Positions 49,502 through 61,700 of a stretch of 64,000 nucleotides of DNA are shown here, one piece after another. The DNA comes from Paecilomyces variotii (Eukaryota), in NCBI GenBank assembly GCA_004022145.1, contig RCNU01000007.1; one strand, written 5' to 3'. The notes beneath the pieces are model-generated. The model did not search any database. It saw nothing but the letters and a program-made list of their open reading frames with translations, and was not told the DNA's origin. The translations under genes and the position numbers were made by a program. Position 1 is the first letter of the stretch, and every line of letters begins with the position of its first letter.

Positions 49502-52423
49502 CTATGCAAGGTACGAGTACCGGTTACCCTCTTCACGTTCCATGTAATCCTTCTCGATCAACCTAATGCGCAAAAAGAGAAAAAGGTCAGTGGCCGCGTT
49601 TCAAATCAGGTGGGGAGCAGGTGGTGTTGTCATACTTCTCAATGTTCTTCTTGATCTCAGCAGGTTCTAGCACACCACGACTCCGCGTCGCCTTGATTAC
49701 CTCCGCCACCAATTCCGCGTGCGTGATGATCTTGCGACTCTTCATAATCCGAACAATAGCCGCCTGGGTCTCGTAATGTCGGTCGGCCGCCACCCGCTCG
49801 TGGGTCGTCTTGTTCTCTTCCTTCGTCTCCTTTAGCTGGATCTGGTTGATCTTGATCCTCATCTTCGCGTCCGAGAAGCTGGCGTTGTATGCGAATACAT
49901 CAGTCGGGCTGATATCCTTGCCCTTCGGCTTCTTCGACAACACCCGATATTTGGCGCATGCAAGCGATTGCAGCGTCCGTTTCAGCTCCGGATCGGCTAT
50001 GGACTAGTCAGCAATTGTATCATATTGGAATCGACAAAAGGGGGGAAGGAGGCACTCACAAAGTCCTGTGGCTTCTTGGATCTGAGGGTAACTGAGTGTT
50101 TCACCTTCAGGTACATCGTTGAAGAGCAATAGTACGATAGCCTGGAAGGAACTAACCACAAGCTCCTTGTCACCCTTGGGGAAACGGGCTCGCAGCTGGC
50201 AGTGTGCCAATTGGTGCTTCCAGTGGAGTTTCCGGCCATTATATTTGTTGTGGTAGAACTGCTCGAAGCCGTTGATAGCCTTCTGGACGTTTTGCGGTAT
50301 CCGTACGGGGACGTCGGGATACGTAGGCCAGGCAGCGGACGACAGCACGTGCACATTGAGGTCCAATTCACGCTTCTCTCGTCGTTCGCGCTGCAGGGAA
50401 TTGAAAGATGCCATCTCATCGCGAGCCAAGTCCATGTCCTTGAACATCGATTCTAGATTGTGCGTGAAGCTAGATCCGCATTCTGAAGATTCGGTGTTAA
50501 TATGGTCCAAAAAAGGGCCGTAACTATCTCGGGACTTACCTGTCTTTAACCGTGCCAGCATGCTCTTTTCGGCGTCGTCACTAGCACTTCTACCCATCAA
50601 CAGACGCCGTGCGAGATCGTTCTTGTAGAACGCTTCGAAGACAGCCTTTCCGTGTACGAAGCGGAATAGATCCAAGACCTGATCTAGTTGTCTATTGAGT
50701 TCCGCATCTTCGTCCGCCAACGACACATCCTCCGTCTTCCTTCCCGGAAGCACTTTGAGCCCTCCCTTCAGAAGCATATCAACGTACTTGGCAATCATCT
50801 CACCCGTCTTGGGGTTGTCAGTACCCCAGCTGGACTCCGACTTTTTGCCCTTGTTCATGAACGTCTCGAAAGCCTCGCGGAGAGCATGGCCCAGGACTTC
50901 GTCCCTGTGGAATGATTCCCTCCACGTATCATCAAGCTGTTTCTTGAATTCCAGTAACCGTACTACCATCTCAGACTCTCTCTCTTGGTCAAACACGATT
51001 GTTGAACCCTCATCTACTATGTGAGCACTGAAAGCAGATTTAAGCTTCGACCCGAGATTCCGACGCTCAAGTAAAGTATAAAGACGCTCGAGAGCGATCT
51101 GGTTGCCAGTGCGTAGTAGTCCCAAGACCTCGTTCTGATTGAGCAGTACATCTTCTTTTCGGGTGACAAGGTTCTCATCGAGAAGCTCAGCTAGCTTCTG
51201 TCTTGTGCTTCTGCTGAGGGAATACAGATCGCATCTGCTCACTTCACGGTCGATCAAACGGTGGGAATTCTCGACATACGTGGCGAGATACTTTTCAGCT
51301 TCTGCATCAGCCCAGGAGGCGAAGAAAGTCTCCGATTCAGCGAGCAACTGCGGCTCAAAGTCACTTGTATAGACACCAAGATCGTGGAACAATCCGATCG
51401 CCTGTCGTAGCAATGTTGAGTCGAGTGACGTGGCGTTGTCTTCCTTTCGATCTGCTAGAATCAGATCACAGACACCTTGGAGGATCTTAGGTTTTAGTTC
51501 TGAATCCGAGAAGATGTGAGAGCGGAACTGGATCAATCCCATTTCATGAATGACAGGAAAATCTTTCGAATGCAGGAGGAATGACTGATCCAGATAATAG
51601 AATATCCATCGGATGGTGACCTATAAATTCCCGGACCGATTAGCATAGATGTGAATAGCCATTTGCGATGAAGACATACCAGCGTAGAGTTCCATGTATT
51701 CCACGCCGCAACGACTGCTCGCAAAACCTCGACATTATCTCCATCCGCACTCCGACTCAGGAGACCTTGGCGCAGCTTCCCTGATATGTGCTCCTTGCAC
51801 TCTTCTCGCAACCTCTTTGCCAGCACTGCAGCACGGCCCTGACGGCAGACATTCTCGGCCCCCTTATAAAGCTCCTCCAAGGACGTGTCCGGTTTTCGGT
51901 TGTCGAAGATCGCGACCAGCGCAGCGTCCAGCTGAGCCCACACCTTATCAAAGTAAGCATCCTGGTTTAATCGCGGCCCTGCCCGCAGATTCTTCACGAC
52001 GAGTTTCTTCGCACCGGTATGGGGCGTGAAGTTGCTCGGTCGTGATGACGCATTGTAAGCTCGGGCTCTCAGAGCTGCAGGAGAGGTATCGGATCCTGAG
52101 CTCCTCTGCGCAAATACCCCGCCAGCCTTGGGCTCCGAATTCGAGAAGTTATACATTTTCTCGGGGGAGATAAGGTCCTGTGTTCGGTCCAAGGCGGGCG
52201 AGTTAGCAGACGGGGACGAAGGACGGAGTCGCTTATACGTGGACGGTGAGGATGAATCGGGGTGTTGGTCCTTAACAAGGGGGGTATTGTTCCTTGCGAG
52301 CAATTCTGATATAGTAGTCTGCTGCTGCTGCTGCGACGCCTCGCCGTGATCGGAGAGTTTCCTCTTACCGATGGACTTGCGCTTGCCGCCTTTCTGTTCC
52401 GTGGCTCTCGAGTTCTGCTGCAT
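49502..52423 (-). CDS. cul4: Cullin-4; 5 exons
   Basis: AKKLVVKNLR, SLEELYKGAENVC, FEAFYKNDLARRLLMGRSASDDAEKSML, ECGSSFT, neddylation motif AAIVRIMKSRK, C-terminal YSYLA. Confidence 0.93.
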
Positions 52424-53170
52424 CTACCTGTGCTGTTCTGTGAACTATTATTGAGAGTGGAAGGCACAGGTGTCGCTGATTCAGAAGGGACCCAGACCGT
52501 CAGGTCATGGCAATATGCGCAGGATATTATATGTCGAGTTCGACGGTTGCTGCGGCTGACGGAGCGATAGACAAGTTCAAGTTGTTGGGATGATGCCGAG
52601 AGGTGATGGAAGGAGACGGAGCAAGCTTGGGCGGAGATAAGATAATACGCCCGCGCGGGTACCGAGGGGTCTGCCCTGTAAGTGCCTTTATACCACAATA
52701 AAGAGGATCACTTCTCAAACAAATATCGAGTTCGTTTTGGATATCTCTAGATCGTCGTCGTACAGGATTGATTTGGCTTACCTCTTGGAAGCCTGATTTT
52801 CCCAAATATATGCTGTCATTGCGGCGAATAAATGAAAATGATAAATACACACTACTGACAAAGCAACGACAATTAGTTAACTAGTTAACTAACTAATAGA
52901 GTACCGGTGCAGAATAGAATTCACGAGCTTCAACTCGCCTTGGGATACGTTTCAATAACCATTTGTTTCCCTTAGTCTTTGTCTAAGAACAACTACGAGG
53001 ACAATACACTATTGCAGCCGCCGCCGAAATGGGCAGGTTACTGAAGAATAAGGTCGGCACTCCGAATCCAGATTCATTCGACATATAATATCTTTCCTAC
53101 GCCTATAGATTGCTCCAGTGTCATAGTACCTCCAGCAGCAGTGACACATGCCATTACTTCGTAAACGACC

Positions 53171-56100
53171 TTAGGAAAACACCTTTGGCCCTGAACTCTG
53201 TCTAAACTCGCCGTCCTCAAACTAGGGTTTTCGTCAGATATGGCTTCATTGGAACAGAAAGCAACATGCAAGACTCACCTCGACAAAGTCTGTGGCAGTG
53301 ATAAGAACCAAGTAAGACTTCACTAGATCTTCGAGTATGTCGTCGCTCCCCGCCGAGGTTACTCCACCGATTTTCGCAAATCGTTTGAATATCCCAACCA
53401 TGCTTTGCCGGTTTTCTGCCAAGAAAGACCGCGTCTGTTCGAAGATTTGCTCATTGTGTACTCCACGCACTAAGACGGCAGAGACAATGACTCGCATGAC
53501 AGACAGTAGAAGCTCGTAATACTTTCGCAGAGAGTTTTGGTTGTCGATGTCTGCAAACAGTTAGCTTGGCCAATCGGGCTGCAGTGGCGGGATACATACC
53601 AATTCCGATATCTGGATCAGCAGCGAAAAGTTGTGACTGCCGTACTGCCTGGAAAAGACCAGCGTTCAAAACATGGATAGCCCCTGGCTTGGTCTGTGAC
53701 AGTTGCTGGAGTAAGGACAACAGAGCCTCGTAAAACGACAACAATAATGGGGTATCTGCATTGATCTAATTAGCTTTCGTACGCAATTGGTCACGGCAAA
53801 ACCCACCGCTAGCTTGAGCGTTGCGGAACTCAGTAGGCAAGGCCCGCACAGCGTCTAAGAACATGCTTAGATAATTTGATTGAGAAATGCAGTCCGCTAA
53901 GTAGAAAGCGTTCTCTTGACTATCCAGAGTGGCCAGGAGATTCAATAAAAGTAGGGCAGAGACCCTGCAAGTCTCTTGACCGGCATATGCGTCGTCACAT
54001 ATCATCTCGACAAGGGCAGGGCCGGTGCTCTTCACCGTTTTTTGACTATGGCGTCTCAATGTGGCGTATCGCGGCCCTGACGAGGTGATCCGAGAGAGAT
54101 ACTGAGAGCAGATATTGTAAAATGTCTCCCTTAGGGATAGGTTTCCAATAGCAGACGTGATGCCGCGAGTGCAAATTTGGAAAAGCTGGAAGAGTTTCTC
54201 ATCTATCACGTCTCCACCCCTGCCGGACTGCGTCTTAGTTGCACCCGAGTCAAGTTTGCCAATGAGTGTCTCTGAAAGTCGTGCTAATTCGATCGCTTCA
54301 AATGCGTTCTCCATGATGGCGACCTCCAGTTTCGGAAGAGCTAGTTGAATGGCATGCAGAATAAAGGTCGTCTGGCGTCCACTGTCTATGTCACAAGACG
54401 TGATAATGGCTGTGACGAGTTCAGTCCACGATCGGAGTGCAAGATACCGGTTAAACCGGACTTGACGGCTCTGATTAGTTATGCGCAAGAAGATCATGAG
54501 CTCTTCAACTTCAGCAACGAATTGCTCTTCATCTTGTGGCTTCATGGCGCCACTCTGAAGCAATTCATCCTTTCTCAGCTGAACAAGTTCTTGAGCAGCT
54601 TCCAAGTCGTATAGGACCAGAGAAGCGTCCGCTTGAGCTTTTGCGCAGAGGTCAAAATCCACATCGGCAAGGAAATTCAACCTCGGCGGGTCAAACTGTC
54701 CCGAGATGTCCAGGTCTGCAAAGTCGAAGAGATCGAAGACGGTGGGATTAAAAACGGTCTCACCAGTCTCCAAGGAAGTTGTTCCGAATAAAGTAGATAA
54801 AATGTCTGCCTGGAGAGTCGGAGATCCAAGCTTAGCTGCGGATCGGATTTCTGTTAGGACATAGTCATATATGAGACTCCGACACACCAGAAACTCTGAT
54901 AGAGAGGTTGCCGAGTCGGAGAGCCAGAATTCTTCAGCGGACACAGGCAACCCATCCCATAGAGTACTGGGACCGATGATTGGCTGACTCGCGAATGATG
55001 TGAAGAGGAAGCGACTAGTACGTAATTCCATAAGTGCGAAAGGAGAAGAAAGTTTAGATGACCATAGATGTTTCAGCACTTCGAATGCCATACGCCTCAG
55101 ATGTACCATCCAGGACGTGATTATACCATCGGCTTCATCGGGATAAGTCTGGATGAACTCAACAATAGCATGCAGCAGGGACATCCCGTTTGAGAATAAG
55201 CTGTCTGGAGCAACATCGAGCACCGTACCAACACACGAGAAGCCAAGCAGCAGATGAGCCAAGGATGGCCTGTCTGTGATCATGTCAAGGCAGCTGTTCA
55301 GAAGTCCAAGTAGGCTCTCTCTGATGAGATACCCCGACGACTGAGGTCCGTATTCTAGCTCCCTCGGATCTGGTTGCATCTGTGATACTAGTGGACGTGC
55401 CACGCTGTCCACATCGACATCCGTGCTCATAACCTCTACTATCTTGTTTGGAGATTTCCATCTTGAGAAATCGGGTGCTGACATCTTATTTAATTTTCGA
55501 GAGCTCGACAGTTTCTCCAACAGAGTCATAGAGGCGACAGTCAATTGCTGATGCCCAGTGCCGCAGTAGAGACAGAGATCTGGTATTACACCCAGGTTGT
55601 TTAGGATGCTGTCTTCAAAGGAAGCGAGTGACGAATTGGAGACCGTAGTTCTGCTACCACCCGTCTGTGACCGGACCAGAGGACGGACCACATTGAGGTA
55701 AGTTGACTGGAGCTCCAGTATCAGGTTCATAACTTCAATGCTCTTGAGCACAGCAAGGACAAGGATAGAGTCAGATGAGGCTCTGGCAATTTCTGATACA
55801 TCCTGATGCGCGACTGCAAAAAGGGATTTGATGACATCCTCATTGAAGAGCCACTCAGATACACGAGCAAACGGATGAAGCCGCATGTAAGTGTTCAGAG
55901 AAGACGATTTTAAAACCGCCTCCGACGATACAGACGGCTGGTTGATGAGAACCACAAGATTTTCATTAAATGTTGCCAGACATGTCGCGGCGAAACTCAA
56001 GCAGTTGTACGCGAGCAGTCGGCCTTGGTTGTCGGCTAAATCGGGGACTTTTCGGGCTAATGCTTGGCCCAAGACAAAATCAATGTAAGGCTCGATACCG

Positions 56101-58426
56101 GGCATTCGATAAGACGCCCCGAGAGACTCGGGGAAAGGTAGAGACAAGTGAACTTCGGCCAAATCAGAGCTGGGAGAAACGAGAGTGTGTATTAGGGAAA
56201 CGAATGCGTTCGTCTGATCGAAACTCTCCCCAATTCTTTGAAACGCATGTCGCTCATGCCACACAGGAGGGTTAGAGACCATGGGAACCTTAGCAAGGCC
56301 GGGTGCATTTACTGTGGCCCCAGATATCCATTGATCAATGGACTGCCACATTTCGTTGCCATCGACGGACGTACGCTCCGTCATCAGCGATCGCAGAGCA
56401 GCGAAGGAACTTGCCCGTAGGTGAGTAGGAATAGAACCGCTGGACAATGTCAGCAAGATGCCAACAACATTGAACGTCGGATGATGTAGCATCCAATCTC
56501 TAATTGCCCGACTCTCCTTAGAGAGGTGTCCCATCAGACGAAGATAGCAGGTCAACATCACAGGACTCTCTGGTTCATTCATATCAGCCGGCTCGGATTT
56601 CCGTGTGTGAAGCATGGTTTGCGAGGTCGATGGCTTTTCGGTGACCTTTGTCGCATAGAATTGAAGCTCAGCGAACATTTGAGTCCAATTCATTGAGGCT
56701 GATCGCCTGAACTTAGACATGTACTTCTCCTCTTCTGAAAGAAATCGATGTGCCGCAGTAGCGTTATCTTCCCCTTCCGATATTGAACATAGCATCTCGC
56801 AGAAGGCGCTGACGCGAGGAACAGTCTGTCGTTTTGACGCCCATTGTAAGAAGCCGTACAAGTTACCTTCCGGATCGGCCCAAAATTCTTGCGCGGCATC
56901 ATGACGATGTTCAAAGGCGAACGCCATGACCATGAGGAATGACTCAAGGTGCGTCCGTGCCTCTACCAGGCCACGATGCAAGTTAGAAGTGAAACCGTCT
57001 CGAAGCGCGGTGATTTGATTGAGCCTCTGAAGATCTTCCTCAGATTTGAGCATACGGACAGCATCCGGCATATTCGCAATGCAGGATTCTGCGAACATCT
57101 CAAGATGCTCCATCAGAAGAGACTTCAGGTAGTCCGAACAGTTGTCAGCTTCGAGAACCGTGGCCGTGCTCTCCTTCAGGAGTAGCGAAACCAATTCTCT
57201 CCTAGCAGGGTCATGCCATTCATCGTTGCTGAGTCCGGCACATATGGCAAGCATGAAGTCCAGCGCTCCATCGTCTAGTGCAGCCATGAACTTTTTCGTA
57301 CGATCATCGGACTCTTTATCGAGGTCGATACCCTGAAGCGGGGAGGCAGGTCCAGAATCAAAATACCACCCACTATATACTGCTAACCATAGCGCGGTCA
57401 CAGTTGCATGGAAATTAGGCAGGCTCCAGGGTTGACTGTCTTTAGAAGCCGTGATTGTCTGATGTAAACCTCGCGCCTCGCGAAGAGACCCTGAACCTTC
57501 TGGGGAGCCGTATTGAACAAACGATGCGATAATGGCAGGGATATAGTGGACCAGTAGCATATCAAATCGATCGAACTTCCGCATCTTTTCCAGAAGCAAT
57601 CGGAGGTCTTCTGAACTGGTAAAGTTACCTTTGAAAAGGTAGCAGAGGATCGCCCCCAGAGACTCATGCTGTTGCCCCAGACTAGTTCTTTGATATTCAA
57701 TGGCTTCCATAACATCAGGGTCCTCTGTCTGCCCTACTACCGACGCTTTATGGACCTGTTCGCCAAGAAGAAACAGCCATTTTTCGATTTCCCCCATGGA
57801 ATCCATGGCTTTCCTAGCGAAGAGCGATCCATTTCGCAAGGGACCATTCTTCGTTTCAAGAACCTGAGCGACAGTCTCCTGCATAAGTTCTTGCACCTCC
57901 TCCCTTTCGACTTCAAATGACTCGCGAAGAATGAGCCGCAAACATTCTAACAAGAAGTGCCTGCGTTCGTGGAATTGCATGATCGCCGTGATGAGAGGAG
58001 TCCGATCTAGCTGCCGTGCATCATCCTGAGCAGCCATAAATAAAGCCGCCGCTTCCAATTCATCGATATTCAAGGCATCTGCTAGCTGCAGCGCTCCTTG
58101 CTGGAAGTCCTCGTTGATCGCATATTCGACATCACCAACTGTGATTTTTCCTATAGCTCGCGCAACTAGAATCAGAAAAAGCCCCGGACGAACCCAGTGG
58201 ACCTACTAAAAGACATCTAGAGAAATGTAAACTAACCTGAAAGGACGGCTTGTCGGCTTTTGTCGCTTTTTGCGGGCTTGTCAAGCAGTTTCCTGAAATC
58301 CTGGATGTGAGCTTCGAGCTCCATGCATAGGCGTTCAATGTTCGGAATAGACGACTCTGAGAGCGTTGAGAGATCTTGGTACAGGCCACGCAGGCCGCCC
58401 AGCATCTCGACGTTGTCCAGAGCCAT
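53171..58426 (-). CDS. nup192: Inner-ring nucleoporin Nup192/Nup205; 5 exons
   Basis: N-terminal LRGLYQDL...LLDKP|KITVGDVEYAINEDFQQGALQLADALNIDELEAA; 1435-aa helical exon; FPESLGASYRMPGIEPYIDFV; FAADPDIG. Confidence 0.85.
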
Positions 58427-58799
58427 GCTCGTTGGCGACCGGCAGAGGGCGATGTCGTCGGGGAGTGAAGCTCTCGAGCTGTGTTGACGCGGGCCAAAAA
58501 TTCCCAAGGCGGAGAACGCGACGTCAAAACTCCGACTTACTGTCGGCGGAGCTCAATAATGATTCCCGCAACCCGGAACAGCTTCTGTTGCCCTGACCAG
58601 GGGAGCGCCCAAACCAACAAAGGATGTCAAAGAAAACAGCTCTCTATTAACTCTCGTAACCATCGATTCAGTGCACCACATTGTCGTTTCTGTCATACTC
58701 ACCATCGTATGGCTGCAAGATAAGAGCTGCAGGATGCGCCGATGATCCATGTACCACAGGTTGAGCTTGGTTGAATAATGCTCACCTGGGTTGTATACA

Positions 58800-61700
58800 A
58801 TGGGGCAGATCACTCTCGACGGATCGCTTTTGCTACTGTCTTCTGACAAGCAGAAGGAGCGCACTGATGGCTTGGGAGGTATAAGTGCCCTATCGTCTTA
58901 ACCTCAGCATTAACTAAATCTCGCTAGACCTTAAGCACATTCTCCAGCAGAACAAGCAAAATGCAAGACTGTAAGACGACGACGAAGACTATCCCGATTT
59001 CTGGAACGGTATCACTAATATGCATTATTTGTTTCAGAGATGCCTTGAGCGACAAAGCCTGCCACAAGGTCTTCGAGGCCCTCTTCCGGTTTGTTTCGGT
59101 CGAAAAGCCTACTTATAATAGGTCCAAGAGCACGAAAGCAACATCGTCCTCGCGACTGTCAGCATGCGCGTCTGTTCTGCGGACAGCAGTGGAGGGGTCT
59201 CTGCGCAATCTGCGAACGAAGTCAGTCCATGCGGTTCTTCATCATATAATACAGACCATACCTGTGCCCGGGGAGGGGCTTTGGGAGACTCTTGCCAGCG
59301 ACTACATAAAATGTTTGCGGACTTTGCTACAATATCCTCCCCATGTCGAACATCTAGGGGACCGTGAATGGCAAGATGCCGTGGATTTCTGTCTCCGGAG
59401 TCTTGCAGCGGTCGACAATGAAGGCAATGAACTAAGCATCCGGATGAGCCATCGTTCATCTTCGGAAGCCTGGGAATCTAGCAGTACTCGGTTGACTCCT
59501 ATGAGGAGGACCTCTAGTCAGGCTCCTAGATTGACCCAATCTGATGGCCAAGGCAACAGAGGCATTATCGAAGAACTTGTAATTTGTATCAAGCTGCTTA
59601 CCTCCAGCTCAAACGCCCCTGTTCACTCTACTTCCGAGAAGATTCTGAATGGGCTGACAGATTTCTTGATCTCATTCCCGCAAGCTGGCGGTGCTCACCA
59701 AGCTGCGTTTAGTACGATCAATACAATTATCGGCAAGGTTCTATGTGACCAGTCCGATATTGTCCGCGAGTTCTTGCTTGACGTTATTCCCGTAATTCGG
59801 CGACTTTGGCACACAAAGCTCACGGGGCTGAAAGATGAAATGTTAATGACTATTATGCGGTGCATGGATGTCCTGGTATACATGGCCCGGACAATGCCTT
59901 CGGAGTCACTGGCAGCGTCAATTGAAGGACTACTGGATACAATTCACTTGGACTATCTCAGAAGGACGGAAAAGGAAGTCTTGCAAATTGATGACCTCGT
60001 TTTCTATCCGGATTGTTCTATACGGCAAGACTCTCGATGGTTCGGTCCACGTCTTGGTAGTTATAAATCAGAGCACAATTGGACTGTTCTATGGACCATA
60101 GCGAGACTATCGGCCTTGTCGGATGATATGAACGCCCAGTTCACGCGACCGGTCGCAGATGAAGTTCCAAGCAAGAGGCAGCGTTCTCTTTCGAAAACCG
60201 AAGAGATTCTCCAAGATTCTTTCTCATCAACTGGCACTAGGAGAGCTTGCGCATTACAGCTGATACCTTTCATGATCGAAAGGCATATCGGCAACGCATC
60301 GAAACTGGAATTGCTCGAGCGTCTTCCTGTTAATATACTCGACGATAATGGCTTCTTGGCATCATGGACTCTGCTTGCAATTTCGAGGTTCGTCACAGTG
60401 CAATCGATCAAACTAACACTACTAAGTCCGGAACTGACAGTCAGTATCAACAGCGTTGGCAGTGATAGTTATACGAGGTCCCATTTGATTGGATCTAATT
60501 GGCGGCAGATCTGGGATCTAGCATCACGAGCTTCCGTTGTCCAAGTAACCTCGCGCGCAGCCTGCCATTTGATGCGAATAATCCTTCACCATCAGCTCTT
60601 ACCGTATCCTGAAGCTGTAGAGAGTACTCGATTAATGCTATCATCAGTGGATTTGAAGGGCCCATCAGTCCTCTGCGACACTTCCTTGGCTTTTTGGACA
60701 CTAGTTTCGAAGATGTGTGCGACTGTCAGTCCGGGCCTTGGACTCGAGGCTTCGAAACAGATTTGCGGATGGCTCCGCGGAACCTGGTCAGTAGGTATGG
60801 GAATCTGTCCGAGAGAAACGGATTCGTGCTTTATTTGGCTGATATACAAAAGGGACCGCCACAGATAGAACCACAATTTCCCAGGTAGCAACATTTGCAC
60901 GCCCTTTCGATCTATTGAACCTTCTGCTTGCCTGCACTAATAGATCAATATCGTTTTCGAGCGTGGAATTTCGCGGCGTGGCAGGTTCATTCGGTAGAAA
61001 TTGGTTCAATTGCCATCGCAACCGGAGCTTGCATGAATTTCTCTTCTCAATAGGGGAAGATCAGTCTTCAAACCCAGTGTGGTCTGCAGAAGAGACGGTC
61101 ATTCGGCTGGAGGCAGCAACACGGCAAGATCCAGCAGATCTCGTAATGATTGAACTGCTGCAAGCAAAGATTGACGCCTTTGCCCAGGCCTGGAGAGAAC
61201 TATCTGGTGATAAATCATTTTACATCGCAGTTGACCTCGTGCAGATATTTGTTTCCTTGTGCGCAGTGGCGGTTCTCTTCACTGAGTGTCTCCCAGGGTC
61301 ACACGGTTCCCAATTGCAGGATCTACAGAAGAGTACCCGTAGTCTGTGGGAAGATGTATGCTTATTCTTGGCATCTCGTGAGGTCGATTATCTTCAAGCA
61401 GGTTTGGAGGTGTTATATCCGTTGGTCTCCTCAGCTCCACAATTGAATGATTCCAAGGACGTTGTCTCAAGTGCTCTTTATGCCCTTGTGCCGCCGATAG
61501 TTGAGGTCCTTGAACGAAGTAGACAATCGCAGCCGACAGACTCTTTAGCTCTTGATCCCGAATCAATGGACCTTGATGATCCGTTCTCAGACCGCATGGG
61601 TCAAGAAGCAGCCGATGATTCTATTACTGCGTTGAACCGAGAAGCTGTGCCGACACTACCAGATAATACCACATTCCGACGTTTCATGACAATCCGGCTT

